IMG/VR virus record: IMGVR_UViG_3300022723_000177
Span: 1-64,000 of that record
Length of the DNA: 64,000 nt
Source of the DNA: a virus
Reading direction: 5' to 3' (one strand)
Part shown: positions 17,013 through 27,290 of the stretch, in pieces
How positions within the stretch are numbered: position 1 is the stretch's first letter
Layout: every line of letters starts with the position of its first letter
The notes under the pieces: generated by a model
Database searches by the model: none
Seen by the model: only the letters and a program-made list of their open reading frames with translations
Told to the model about the DNA's origin: nothing
Program-made: the position numbers and the translations under genes

Positions 17013-19374
17013 GAGCATCTCCGGGTTCGAGCGCCGCTCGCGGCGTTCGTTCTCCAACGTAGGGAGGAGCCTCTCCCGCCTCGGTCGGCGCTTCACAGGT
17101 ATCGGCGCGCTCATCGGCGCCGCGGCCGCGACTTTCGGCGCCGCCCAGTTCGTATCCGCCTCGATCGATGCCGCTTCTGCGGTAGACGAGTTCGAGATCC
17201 GTCTTGCTGCGCTCACCGGGTCACAACGCATTGCCGGCCAGGCCCTAGCCGAGCTCACACAGTTCGCGGCCGGAGTCGCGCCGAGCTTGCGCGATATCAT
17301 CGAGGCCGCGGCCACCCTCGGATCGGTCGCGCTGGGCTCCGCAGAACGCATCAACGTCCTCACCAGGACCGCGGTCAACGTGGCGGCGATCACCGGCCTG
17401 ACACTCGAGCAGGCCTCGCAGAATTTGCAGCGGACCCTATCGGCAGGCATCGGCGCCGCGGACCTCTTCCGCGAGCGTGGCGTCCGCGCGATCGTCGAGG
17501 CGATCTCCGAGATCCCGAATCTGATCGACGCGCCTCTCGCAACAGTGGAGACCGCACTCCAGAAGGTCTTCGGCCCCGACGGGGTCTTCGGCCAGGCGGG
17601 CCAGGCATTCGCTGACACCCTCCCCGGCGCGTTGTCGGTCACGGGCGACGCGCTGTTCCAGCTGCAGAGCGCATTCGGAGAGGCGCTCTCGCCGGTGATC
17701 ATCACCCTCCTACGCGACCGCATCATCCCACTCTTTGAGCGCCTGACCAAAGCAATCAGCAACAACGAGGCCAGGATCCGGGACGGACTGGTCGGCGCGT
17801 TCAACACGCTGCTGAGCGTCGTACGTACGGTCCTTCCTCTCATGACCGACGCACTCAGTATCACGGTGCTCGTATTTCGGACCGCCGACACCGTGGTGAA
17901 GAGCATCTTTAACTCCGTGAATCAGCTCGACGCGGGCATCGCGAGAGTGCTGAACAAGGTGTTCCTTCTCTCCGATGAGGGGCTCGCCGCCAACGAGGCC
18001 GCAGCGAGGGCCTCCCAGGAAGCGTCTAACCAGTCCGAGCGCGACCTACTCGCAGCCGAGCGTGCCTTCGACGATCTACGGACCACAGTAGATGCGATTG
18101 TTGAAGGACTCCAGGACATCAACCCCGACGGCGTTGAAGCGGCAGCCGACGCGGCTGAGCGCGCCGCCGCCCAGGAGGGAGCCCTCCGGGTGGTGCTCAC
18201 GACGCTGCAGGCAGCGGTCGACCCACGTGCCGCGCGTCAGGCGCTACAGGCCCAGACCTCGATCCAACGGACGCTGGACCAGCAGAACCAGGCGCTGATC
18301 CGGCGCCGGTCGACGCAGATCGCTGAGCTCTTCACGGTCGAGCGCCAGACGCGCCAGCTCGCGGAGCAGGTCGCCACGGTCACGCGCCTCGCTGAGGTGG
18401 AGGTGGAGCGTGCCCGGAACGCCCTCGCCACGGCGGAGGCCGCCGACGTGGGCCTCCTGACAGCCGAGCAGCAGGAGCAGCGCGATGCCGCGATCCTGGT
18501 CCTCCGGCGGAACATCCTCGCGGCCGAGGAGCGCCTACAACGAGTCCGCGCCACCGGCGCTCGTGCGAACCAAGTTGCGACCCAACGCGAGGCCGAGGCG
18601 GCCGACAGGGTTGAGACCACGCGGGTTCGAACCGGGGCGACCCTGCAGGCGCTGACGAACACCATCGACGCGGTTCGCGAGCTAGATGAGCGACGCGCCC
18701 AGGTGCTACAGACGCAGCTTGACATCTTGCAGGCACAGCCGGGTACGTTGGAGCAGTTCAGTGAACGGCTGACCCAGCAGCTGGATAAAGCCAATGACGA
18801 GCTGAACAAGCTATCTGCCAAAAGGGACGACACTTTCATCGCGCTCGGGTCCGTGCTGCAAACTTCGATCGCGGACGCGCTTTCGGGAGCTTTCGACGAA
18901 GGCGGCATCAACTTCGCAGAATCCTTGGCGGATCTGTCCGGTACCCTTCTACAGGAATCCTTGACCGAGGTCACGGAGGATCTAGCCGATTCCCTCGACT
19001 CGCTCTTCGAGAATATCGGGGGCGGCGTTGGGGCCGGCATCGCTGGAGCACTAGGCATCGCCACAGGGCTGATTGGCAGTCTGCTCAGGGACACCGAGCG
19101 GGATACCGGCGCCTCCCAGGTCGCGTCGATTGTGGACGATGCCACACCCCTCCGCGGGGTGGTGCGCGGAGACACGAACGTGCCGATTTTCCAGATCGGG
19201 CGGCAGATTCAAGAGGCGTTCGCTACTACTGAGAACCTGCTGCGGCAGGGCAACGAGACGCGGGATCAGATTCTGCGGGCTCTGATTGGGAGCGAGTCCA
19301 ACGCCGACACCACGGATCAGGTCGACGATGCATTCCAGCAGCTGCTGGGCGCTGAGTCGTCGAGCCTGGCATAG
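16930..19374 (+). CDS. Tail tape measure protein
   Basis: 814 aa, Ala/Leu-rich helical protein following the G/GT chaperones. GTG start at 16930. Confidence 0.85.
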   Translation: MATEVGTLLVRLEARVDQLERGLARGNRSISGFERRSRRSFSNVGRSLSRLGRRFTGIGALIGAAAATFGAAQFVSASIDAASAVDEFEIRLAALTGSQRIAGQALAELTQFAAGVAPSLRDIIEAAATLGSVALGSAERINVLTRTAVNVAAITGLTLEQASQNLQRTLSAGIGAADLFRERGVRAIVEAISEIPNLIDAPLATVETALQKVFGPDGVFGQAGQAFADTLPGALSVTGDALFQLQSAFGEALSPVIITLLRDRIIPLFERLTKAISNNEARIRDGLVGAFNTLLSVVRTVLPLMTDALSITVLVFRTADTVVKSIFNSVNQLDAGIARVLNKVFLLSDEGLAANEAAARASQEASNQSERDLLAAERAFDDLRTTVDAIVEGLQDINPDGVEAAADAAERAAAQEGALRVVLTTLQAAVDPRAARQALQAQTSIQRTLDQQNQALIRRRSTQIAELFTVERQTRQLAEQVATVTRLAEVEVERARNALATAEAADVGLLTAEQQEQRDAAILVLRRNILAAEERLQRVRATGARANQVATQREAEAADRVETTRVRTGATLQALTNTIDAVRELDERRAQVLQTQLDILQAQPGTLEQFSERLTQQLDKANDELNKLSAKRDDTFIALGSVLQTSIADALSGAFDEGGINFAESLADLSGTLLQESLTEVTEDLADSLDSLFENIGGGVGAGIAGALGIATGLIGSLLRDTERDTGASQVASIVDDATPLRGVVRGDTNVPIFQIGRQIQEAFATTENLLRQGNETRDQILRALIGSESNADTTDQVDDAFQQLLGAESSSLA

Positions 19375-19389
19375 ACGGAGGAGATAGAG

Positions 19390-19716
19390 ATGGAGCGGAT
19401 CCAGGAACCCGGCATCACCGTGAGCACCGAGGGCCTATCCTTTCGCCACGGCGACGGGAGCAAGACCGAGATCGCCCTGCTCGAGGACATCTGCGAAGCG
19501 CCCGAGCCGAACCTCAACGTGACGAACGCGCTGCTCTGGGCGGTCTTTGCGCAGCTGGTTCGCCTCAACGAGCAGATTTCCAAGGCCGCTTCTGCGACCG
19601 GGGATGCATCGCAGCGCGCAGACGACGCGATCAAGAAGACCATGAACGCCCTCAAGGGGCACGGTATCGATCTCGGGTCAGCCATGAGCGCTAGCGGCGT
19701 GGAGGCACAAGAGTAG
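19390..19716 (+). CDS. Hypothetical protein (108 aa)
   Basis: ggaggagatagagATG RBS. Confidence 0.5.
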   Translation: MERIQEPGITVSTEGLSFRHGDGSKTEIALLEDICEAPEPNLNVTNALLWAVFAQLVRLNEQISKAASATGDASQRADDAIKKTMNALKGHGIDLGSAMSASGVEAQE

Positions 19717-19719
19717 AAC

Positions 19720-21336
19720 ATGGCACTGCAGCTCCTGCAGAATCTGGATGCGGCTGACGACACCCCGTACTTCACCACAGGGAACTTCGCAGCGGCGGAC
19801 TGGCGCCCTCGAAACAATTGGCAAGGACTTACGATCCCAGGCGCAAGCAAGTACTACCCGCGCTTGGGAGTGTTCTACATGGGCGGCCTGCCGACTTCGG
19901 GCAACCGCTACGCGGTGGTAGACCCGAACCTACAGGACAACGCGTCCTCGATCTTCGGCACCTTCACCCACAACGCGGGCTTCCGCGCCGGGCCTGTGAT
20001 AGGTGAGTGGAACAAGGGCACCAACGAGCAGAAGGTGTATCTCGGGTCCTTCGGGTCTGGTGGAAAGCTGGCGGAGGTGGACCCCGCTGCGCTTTCGGTG
20101 CAGTTGGTTCCGAACCCCTACACCAACTTCGGGTCGGAGCAGTCGGTCAACGGCAACGGCACCCTCGACGAGGGCTTCTACAATATCTTCGGATCCGCAT
20201 CGACGTTTCTAGGATCGTGGATCATCTTCGAGACCCTGAACAAAGCCTATGCCTGCAACGCGCGAGTGCGCCAAGGAGGTACGACTCGAGACAACGCCTA
20301 CATCGAGGTAGACCTCACCACCGGGGATGCGATCGAGTACTTCCCGACCGGTGACCGTCTCATCTGTCGCTATGATGGCGGTGGCGGAGATCGCGAGGGT
20401 CCGCAGATCGATGGCGACTCGTTCTCGATGATCAACCAGCAGTTCTTCGAGGACGACGACAGCACGCTTTCTCAACCGAAGGGGTTCCTGTTCATGAACT
20501 CCGAGCGGCTGGTAAAGACCGGAAATCTCCGATACATCTACACCCAGGTGGTGGACTGGAACCCTTTCGAGGTCACTGCATCGCCGGGCAATCCGATTCG
20601 CGTTCACGCCCGCGTACGCGACATCTCGCGCATCGAGGTAGAGGAGAATCAGATCGGCTCCGCGACCAACGGCGTAGGGACCGTCGAGACCAACTCCGGA
20701 AGCCTCATCCTTGACCCCACCACCGAGAGGGTGTTCCTACCTTCCCGGGCGTCTTCGTTCTCCGGTTCGTTGACCACCGGTGAAGCAGCGATCACGATCT
20801 TCAGTCTAGGCGCGGAGCTCGAGGAGCTGACCCGACCGGCGGCAATCAACGAGGTAGAGACCAACAAGGTAGTGTCGTTTCAGACGCAGGCTCTCGGGTC
20901 ACTCAATGAGAAGATCTCCGGAGAGGAAGTGACGGCAACACTGCAGCGCGTGACCACTCTCGGCGAGACGCTCGACGTCTCCGGCGCGAGCCCCGGCGAC
21001 TCGATCGCTGTAGAGAACGGGCCGATCACCGAAGTGCTCGCTCCGCCCGTCGAAGTACGCAAGAACGGAACCCCTCTCGTCGAAGGTGGGGGCAACGACT
21101 ACACAGTGGATTTCGCGAACGGGGAGATCGACTTCATCTCCCCGGAGCCGGTGAGCACAGAGGCATACGACATCGACTATCCGCACTTCGAAACCCCGGC
21201 TGATCCGCCGCACGGCACCCTGCGCGGCACCACCACGCGCACGGATGAGAGCGGTGTTGCGCAGTTCCAGGCGGAGTATCCGGACGACGCGGACCTCGAG
21301 AACCAGGTGGACCAGCTGGTAGTGACGACTGACTGA
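19720..21336 (+). CDS. Tail protein (distal tail or baseplate candidate)
   Basis: First large ORF after the tape measure, 538 aa. Confidence 0.55.
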   Translation: MALQLLQNLDAADDTPYFTTGNFAAADWRPRNNWQGLTIPGASKYYPRLGVFYMGGLPTSGNRYAVVDPNLQDNASSIFGTFTHNAGFRAGPVIGEWNKGTNEQKVYLGSFGSGGKLAEVDPAALSVQLVPNPYTNFGSEQSVNGNGTLDEGFYNIFGSASTFLGSWIIFETLNKAYACNARVRQGGTTRDNAYIEVDLTTGDAIEYFPTGDRLICRYDGGGGDREGPQIDGDSFSMINQQFFEDDDSTLSQPKGFLFMNSERLVKTGNLRYIYTQVVDWNPFEVTASPGNPIRVHARVRDISRIEVEENQIGSATNGVGTVETNSGSLILDPTTERVFLPSRASSFSGSLTTGEAAITIFSLGAELEELTRPAAINEVETNKVVSFQTQALGSLNEKISGEEVTATLQRVTTLGETLDVSGASPGDSIAVENGPITEVLAPPVEVRKNGTPLVEGGGNDYTVDFANGEIDFISPEPVSTEAYDIDYPHFETPADPPHGTLRGTTTRTDESGVAQFQAEYPDDADLENQVDQLVVTTD

Positions 21337-22424
21337 TGGCGCTCGACGGCCTGGACATCGATTTCTTCCTGAGCGTGGATGGCACGACGGGAGACGCGCA
21401 GCCGGACCCGAACGATTCCCTCGGTGGGGCCCGAAGCTCTGCCCGCCTAGACGCCCGCGAAGATACGGTCTCGGCTTCTGCAAACGACGCGGAGCTTGAT
21501 GCACCTACGTTCAGCGCAGGCCCGGATCCTACTGGTAGCTACCTACTGTTCGTGAACGGCGGGCTCTTCCTCGAGTTTCGCAAGATCATCGGCTGGGACC
21601 AGGGCAACAGCCGGGTATTCTTCGAGCACCCCTTCTCTGGCACGCCCGCCGGCGGCTTCCGAACCTACCTTCCGAACAACCTCTTCAGCGACATGGACGC
21701 TACGGAGAGCTCTGGGGGCGGCACGCGGTACCGCGCGATCTTCGTGCAGAACAACACGGGGGTGTCGCTCGGAAGCTATAGGATGTACCTGCGCCCAGCG
21801 ATTCCTGGCCCGATCGATTTCAACCTCGCTGTGGGGAACCCGAACTTCCTGAACAAGAACCCGGTCATCAGCGTGATCGCCGACGAGTTCACGGCGCCTG
21901 ACCTCTCGAGCGACGCTCAGTTCACCACTACGGCCGTGGCCTTCGGCGATCCGCTAGGCCCCGACGGGAGCTTCCCACCCGGCACGAACTCGCTCGACAA
22001 CACCCCGATGTCGCGTGCGGTCTGGCTCCGCTCGGTGATCTCCGGTATCAACTACGGCATCGAGGACACGGTCCACCTGCTCGTCCTAGCCGCGAGCAAC
22101 ACCGGAGGTGACCCAGATCCGATCGGCTCTGCTGCCCTGATCGTCTTCGGCGCGGCGGGCTACACTCCGGACATCCAGGTGGCCCCGGACCGCAAGCCCA
22201 GGATCGCCGGAGGATCTCTCCTCGAGACCCGTATCACTGCACTGGAGACCGGGCTCGGGGTACCCGACCAGACGGTCACTCACTCCGTGACGTCTGGTCC
22301 AGGCTCGATTGAGCAGGGCGACCCCGGCCTCACGGACGAGGACGGCGACAACCGGGCGTCGTATATCTCATCGGCAGACCCGCTCGATGCGGGCGCGTCG
22401 GTGGAGATCACCACGGAAGCGTAG
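21336..22424 (+). CDS. Tail protein
   Basis: ATGA-coupled to the upstream ORF. 362 aa. Confidence 0.55.
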   Translation: MALDGLDIDFFLSVDGTTGDAQPDPNDSLGGARSSARLDAREDTVSASANDAELDAPTFSAGPDPTGSYLLFVNGGLFLEFRKIIGWDQGNSRVFFEHPFSGTPAGGFRTYLPNNLFSDMDATESSGGGTRYRAIFVQNNTGVSLGSYRMYLRPAIPGPIDFNLAVGNPNFLNKNPVISVIADEFTAPDLSSDAQFTTTAVAFGDPLGPDGSFPPGTNSLDNTPMSRAVWLRSVISGINYGIEDTVHLLVLAASNTGGDPDPIGSAALIVFGAAGYTPDIQVAPDRKPRIAGGSLLETRITALETGLGVPDQTVTHSVTSGPGSIEQGDPGLTDEDGDNRASYISSADPLDAGASVEITTEA

Positions 22425-22426
22425 GC

Positions 22427-23083
22427 ATGGCAACTGCATCAGCTCTCTTCACGATCAAGCTGGGAACCAGCACGACTGTCACGACCGACCTGATCCTTCT
22501 CGGGAGCGGATCGCAGGGGGACCCCTACGCGCAGCGAGTGCTCACACACCCAGACGGAGCAAACTTCTCGCCGATCGTTTACTGGAACAACCCCGATCGA
22601 AGTTTCAACATCGACAACGATGTGCTCCGCGCCCCCGTCAACCGGACGGTTCTGACCGAGACCGGAACACGCGTGATCAGCCTTGATCGCTTTGAAGAAG
22701 ACACGATCATCACGGAGATCTGGTCTGCGGCAGAGGGCCTGAAGTTCGCTATGCCGACGTTCTTGTTCCGGCAGCTCTACGAGTACTACGTGAATCGCCC
22801 CGCGCTTTCGATCACAAACCAAGAGTACATCCAGTGGCAGCCACGCGACAAGAATTCGAACACCTACAACGTGATCATCCTACGTCTCGCGGTTGGCGGC
22901 GGCGACCAGAACAACCAGCTCTTCGACATCGCCGACTTCCGTCCTGTCGGCGGCGTAAATGACCCGCGCGGAAACGCGGGGACCATCTTCGGTCCGCTAG
23001 ATGACCTTGACGTGACGCCCACCGGCGTGATCGATCGCTCGGTAGTGTTTCAATTCAAGATCGTGAACACGGTGACGCCGTAA
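22427..23083 (+). CDS. Tail protein
   Basis: 218 aa, tightly packed in the tail module. Confidence 0.5.
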   Translation: MATASALFTIKLGTSTTVTTDLILLGSGSQGDPYAQRVLTHPDGANFSPIVYWNNPDRSFNIDNDVLRAPVNRTVLTETGTRVISLDRFEEDTIITEIWSAAEGLKFAMPTFLFRQLYEYYVNRPALSITNQEYIQWQPRDKNSNTYNVIILRLAVGGGDQNNQLFDIADFRPVGGVNDPRGNAGTIFGPLDDLDVTPTGVIDRSVVFQFKIVNTVTP

Positions 23084-24738
23084 TGGGCCGCACACTCACC
23101 CCGTTGCTGAACGCCGCCATTCTGGACATGGTGCGAGAGCCCGGACACCAGCTGTTCATTTACGACGTCCGGAGCTCGTCTACCACCATCGGCGACATCG
23201 TGCGCGAGGCTTCGCTCGACCCGCTCTCGGAAGCGACGGACTTTTCCGGCGTGAACCCGTCCACCGTCGTCGAAGAGACGGCCGGGAACTACACGAATCA
23301 AGGGATCGCGAGCTCGAGCGTGACAGTCCGCATCGTGGACGAGAACGGGTTGCTCGACCCGCTGCTTGTGTTGGATGACCCACTCGCCGCAGGACGCTGG
23401 TTCCGTAAGGGGAACGTCGTACGTCTGGCTGAAGGTGACCTTAGGGTGCCGACCAGCGATTGGCCGATCACGTTCACCGGCGAGATCATCGGTCAACCCG
23501 GCTACGTGCGCGACCGCGAGGGGCAGTCTGTGCTGGAGTTTCGCGCGCTCTCGCGCGAGCGACACTTTCTGCAGTACAACAACACCTCCGAGAGCTTCCC
23601 GGCAGCGACCACGTATCGCGCCATGGCAGAATCCATCGCGGAGAATGACATGGGGCTCGATCCGGACGAGATCGAGTTTGCTCAGTTCGGCACCACCGCC
23701 AGCAGCTTGGCCGTCACGCAGTTTGTGGATGAGCCTCCGCTGGTGTCCATCGCGAAGCTGATGTTCGTGGACGGCTTCATGCCGCGCTTCAACGGCGAAG
23801 GCAAGCTGACCCAGACGACGGGCACGATCGGAGCCGCGGCCACGCGCGTCTACGACGACGCCGGCCTCATCCGCCGCATCGAGCGGCCGTTCTCGGACGT
23901 GGAGCCGGCGACCAGCGTATGTGTTGTCGGGCTCGAGGACACGCTCACCCGCATCGACCAACCGAAGCAGGATCTGCGGAACACGACGATCACCACCGGC
24001 TACTTCACTCAGGACGAGGAGATCGAGATCTACTGGAGCGACGACCGCTCGGTCGTCGCCGACAACGTGGAGTTCCGCGTGAACCGCTCAGTGAACGCCG
24101 GCATCACACTCCTCGGCGGAAACGAGGGCTTCACGTTGATCCCTGCACCGAGCGATCCGCTGAAGCCCGCGGTTGGATCGATCGGGGCGCGCATTGAGAT
24201 CACCACCGGCTTCACCGCCGGCCTGATCATCACGATCACCGGCGCATACATCGCCGCGTCATTCATCCCCGATACGGTGGTTTCGCTCATCGGTGGGAGC
24301 ACTATCTCGGTGGGCCGAGCGATTCAGGCTGCGCTACTCGCGTCGATTCTGATCATCATGACCAGGCTCGGTCGCGGCGACTACACCTTCGCGGGCAGCC
24401 CGCTCGAGTACGTCTACAGGGAGATCCGTGCGTGCGCTCGGGCCGAAGATGTAGGGGCCTTCGACCTGAACGAGATCGTGGTCGAGAACCACTTGGTCAG
24501 CACCCAGAGTCTCGCCGACGCGTTGGCCCGCGACGTGCTCCTGCGCGAGAATGCCGCCCAGAACCCCCGCCGCGTCTCCGCGATCTACGACCCCGCCCTA
24601 GAGGTGGACGACATCTTCGAGGTGTCGGGGCGCCGCTATCTGATCGAGCGCATTCGCCGAAACCTCGGACGGGGCGTCGGCGACGTCGGACTCGCTGAGT
24701 ACCAGTGTGTGGAAGTCACACCAGGGGTGGCGCCGTGA
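23083..24738 (+). CDS. Tail protein (551 aa)
   Basis: ATGG overlap with the upstream stop. Confidence 0.55.
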   Translation: MGRTLTPLLNAAILDMVREPGHQLFIYDVRSSSTTIGDIVREASLDPLSEATDFSGVNPSTVVEETAGNYTNQGIASSSVTVRIVDENGLLDPLLVLDDPLAAGRWFRKGNVVRLAEGDLRVPTSDWPITFTGEIIGQPGYVRDREGQSVLEFRALSRERHFLQYNNTSESFPAATTYRAMAESIAENDMGLDPDEIEFAQFGTTASSLAVTQFVDEPPLVSIAKLMFVDGFMPRFNGEGKLTQTTGTIGAAATRVYDDAGLIRRIERPFSDVEPATSVCVVGLEDTLTRIDQPKQDLRNTTITTGYFTQDEEIEIYWSDDRSVVADNVEFRVNRSVNAGITLLGGNEGFTLIPAPSDPLKPAVGSIGARIEITTGFTAGLIITITGAYIAASFIPDTVVSLIGGSTISVGRAIQAALLASILIIMTRLGRGDYTFAGSPLEYVYREIRACARAEDVGAFDLNEIVVENHLVSTQSLADALARDVLLRENAAQNPRRVSAIYDPALEVDDIFEVSGRRYLIERIRRNLGRGVGDVGLAEYQCVEVTPGVAP

Positions 24739-25457
24739 GGTCGATCAAGAACGTCATCCGCCGCGAGGTGCTCGCGCGCCAGCAGACCATCGTGGGTACG
24801 GTGATCCGCCAGCGCCAGATCTCGTCGTTCGACAGCTCCATCGACGGGGCCCCCGTCTGGAACTGCGACGTGGAAATCGGCAGCAACCGGATCCTGATGA
24901 GCGTGCCCATCAAGCTTAGTGGCACCGGGCGCGCGTTCTACGCGGACCGCGGCCAGACGGTGCTCCTGCGTCGCAATGCCCAGGGGCGCTTCGAGATCAT
25001 CGGGCCTGGTGATCGCATCACATCGCCGCTGGTGATCAAGACCTACAACGTCTCAGACGGTTCTGAGGTAACGAGCACGAGCCGAGGTACCACCTTCGAG
25101 GTCGTGCCGCTCGAGTTCTATCAGGGCACCTCGATGAAGGGGAACCCGGACGTGACCTTCGATCAGGTCCCGGCCGCGAACGACACCATCACCCGCTCGG
25201 CGGGGAGCTTTATCGATGACGGGTTCATCGTGGGCCAGACAATCGTGATCGGCAAGCAGAGCCAGGAGAATGCCGGTATCCTGGGGGCAACGATCGCCGC
25301 GGTGACCACTTCTCAGCTCGAGTTCGCCGGGGACCCGTTGGTTGACGAAGGCCCAATCGAATGTACGATTGGCGTATCCGGCACGAGCCTCTGGAACGAC
25401 GGCTCCACCCCATTCCCGCTCGTCCGCCTGGTGGACGCTGACGGCAACCCGGTCTAG
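24735..25457 (+). CDS. Tail protein
   Basis: GTG at 24735 overlapping the upstream TGA (GTGA). ORF track 24705-25457. Confidence 0.5.
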   Translation: MRSIKNVIRREVLARQQTIVGTVIRQRQISSFDSSIDGAPVWNCDVEIGSNRILMSVPIKLSGTGRAFYADRGQTVLLRRNAQGRFEIIGPGDRITSPLVIKTYNVSDGSEVTSTSRGTTFEVVPLEFYQGTSMKGNPDVTFDQVPAANDTITRSAGSFIDDGFIVGQTIVIGKQSQENAGILGATIAAVTTSQLEFAGDPLVDEGPIECTIGVSGTSLWNDGSTPFPLVRLVDADGNPV

Positions 25458-25466
25458 GAGAGGACC

Positions 25467-26558
25467 ATGGCCAACAAGATTGTCGTAGGCGCGAGCTATT
25501 TCGAAGGGTTCGACAACGGTCAAGGGATCGGCGCGAGCAACTACTTCGACTATGCGCCGGACTTCAACACCAACTTCGCGACGATCCGCACCACCATCAA
25601 CCAGATGATCGACGAGATCACCGCGACTCAAGGGCAGAACTCGGTACTCGGGCTGGACCTGATGAGGGTCGACGGGCCCGACTTTTCGAACGACACCGAC
25701 GGGGTCATCGGCTACCACAGCTACATCACGACGATCGGGGCTCCGACGAGCGAGGTGGACGTCACCGCTGGCCAGGCTGTGGTGAGCGGGCTGCGTGTAG
25801 CGAGCGGCTCGCCGGCCAGCCTCGTGGGCTTCGGGGGCGCAGCCACTCTCGAGGTGTTTGTCCAATCAGACGGCGTGCCCGACATCGCAGCGTCCACTCC
25901 GGTTGGGAGTCTGCACATTGCCGATGCTGTCTGGGACGGCGCGGCCTTCACGGATGTCACGCGCGTCGGATACATCTTCAACGATGGCGATGCTCACCAG
26001 CAGACGCTCGCGCGACCGGCGACAGGCGACTTCGCTCTCGCTCAGTTCGAGCACCCCGGCGAGCGGTTCGAGGCGCTCGAGGCTGTGGTCAAGGACCCCG
26101 CCGTGCAGCCGCGGTTCGAGGTGACTCGCGCCACGACCCAGTCGATCGGCGCCAGCACCAACGAGACCATCGACAACCCGGTGGCGATCAGCTGGACGGC
26201 GAATCCCACGGAGACTCCTTCAGGCACTCCGCCCACCGGGTGGATCACGCCGAGCTCCACCGACGTGGATGTCCCCACGGATCAGGACGGATGGTACGTG
26301 ATCACGGGAAGGGTAACCTTCGACGGTGTCGCTGCAGCAACCGACGTGATCAGTGTAGGGATCTACATCAATGGCTCCATGGTAGCTCGCGACGTTCGGA
26401 ACCGCATCGGAACGGCTACGCCAGACCCGGAGATCGCCGTGACATGGCAGGGACCGTTGGTCGCTACCGACACAATCACCCTCGAGGTGACTCAGGACAA
26501 CGCGGCGTCCCAGGACATCAACTCCGCGGAGATGTCAGGCATCCGGATCTGGGAGTAG
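25467..26558 (+). CDS. Tail fibre or baseplate-associated protein
   Basis: 363 aa with gagaggaccATG RBS. Confidence 0.55.
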   Translation: MANKIVVGASYFEGFDNGQGIGASNYFDYAPDFNTNFATIRTTINQMIDEITATQGQNSVLGLDLMRVDGPDFSNDTDGVIGYHSYITTIGAPTSEVDVTAGQAVVSGLRVASGSPASLVGFGGAATLEVFVQSDGVPDIAASTPVGSLHIADAVWDGAAFTDVTRVGYIFNDGDAHQQTLARPATGDFALAQFEHPGERFEALEAVVKDPAVQPRFEVTRATTQSIGASTNETIDNPVAISWTANPTETPSGTPPTGWITPSSTDVDVPTDQDGWYVITGRVTFDGVAAATDVISVGIYINGSMVARDVRNRIGTATPDPEIAVTWQGPLVATDTITLEVTQDNAASQDINSAEMSGIRIWE

Positions 26559-26609
26559 CCCGTAGATCGGTGATCGGGTAGAATGCCGGCTCACCCACGA
26601 GGACCAAAT

Positions 26610-27290
26610 ATGCCGATCACGCTCAGACTACTGCTTCTCGCCCTGGTACTGCTTTGCGGCTCCGCCTATACCTGCAACGACGGACCCCGCCGCGCGGCTC
26701 TAGTGGGCGATACCACGAACGCGTGGCAGACAGGGATCCAGTCGAACTTCGTGTGGACCTTCGACGACTTCACGGTAGATGGAGAGACGCTCTACGAGCA
26801 GTTCACGAGCGGACACCTGGACGCAGCGCTCGCTCCAGGAGCGCCCTATGACGTGATCCACATGCAGTTCGGTCACGCGTCACTCCCTCCCTTTGGCGCC
26901 CAGGCGACGCCGGCACAGTTTCAAACGCAGATGGTCGTTGTGTCTCAGCACTTGCTGCAGTACGCCGATCGGGTCGTGGTGACCGTGCCGCCGGAGCGTG
27001 CACCGATTTGCCCGGTGCCGCCCGACGTCAACCCTGATCCCGCAATCGGCCCGTGTTGGGAGGTGGCGGTGGACAGCCTCGACATCGCCGACTACCGACC
27101 CTCCTTGCTGCTCATCCCTACGCTGAGCCCTGAGATCCGCTTTGGCAAGGACCTACACAACCTGATCAACCGCAACGCCTGCTACGACGACAGCGCGGAC
27201 CGCAACCACTTCGATGCCACCTGCAACGATGAGGTCGAGCAGCACATGCGGGACCTGTTCACCGTCCTGTACGCGGAGGGCCTTGAGTGA
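26610..27290 (+). CDS. Secreted or lipoprotein with a degenerate SGNH/GDSL-hydrolase-like pattern
   Basis: MPITLRLLLLALVLLCGSAYTC signal sequence. GDTTNAW (block-I-like, Thr in place of Ser) and C-terminal DRNHFD (DxxH catalytic-dyad-like). Confidence 0.45.
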   Translation: MPITLRLLLLALVLLCGSAYTCNDGPRRAALVGDTTNAWQTGIQSNFVWTFDDFTVDGETLYEQFTSGHLDAALAPGAPYDVIHMQFGHASLPPFGAQATPAQFQTQMVVVSQHLLQYADRVVVTVPPERAPICPVPPDVNPDPAIGPCWEVAVDSLDIADYRPSLLLIPTLSPEIRFGKDLHNLINRNACYDDSADRNHFDATCNDEVEQHMRDLFTVLYAEGLE

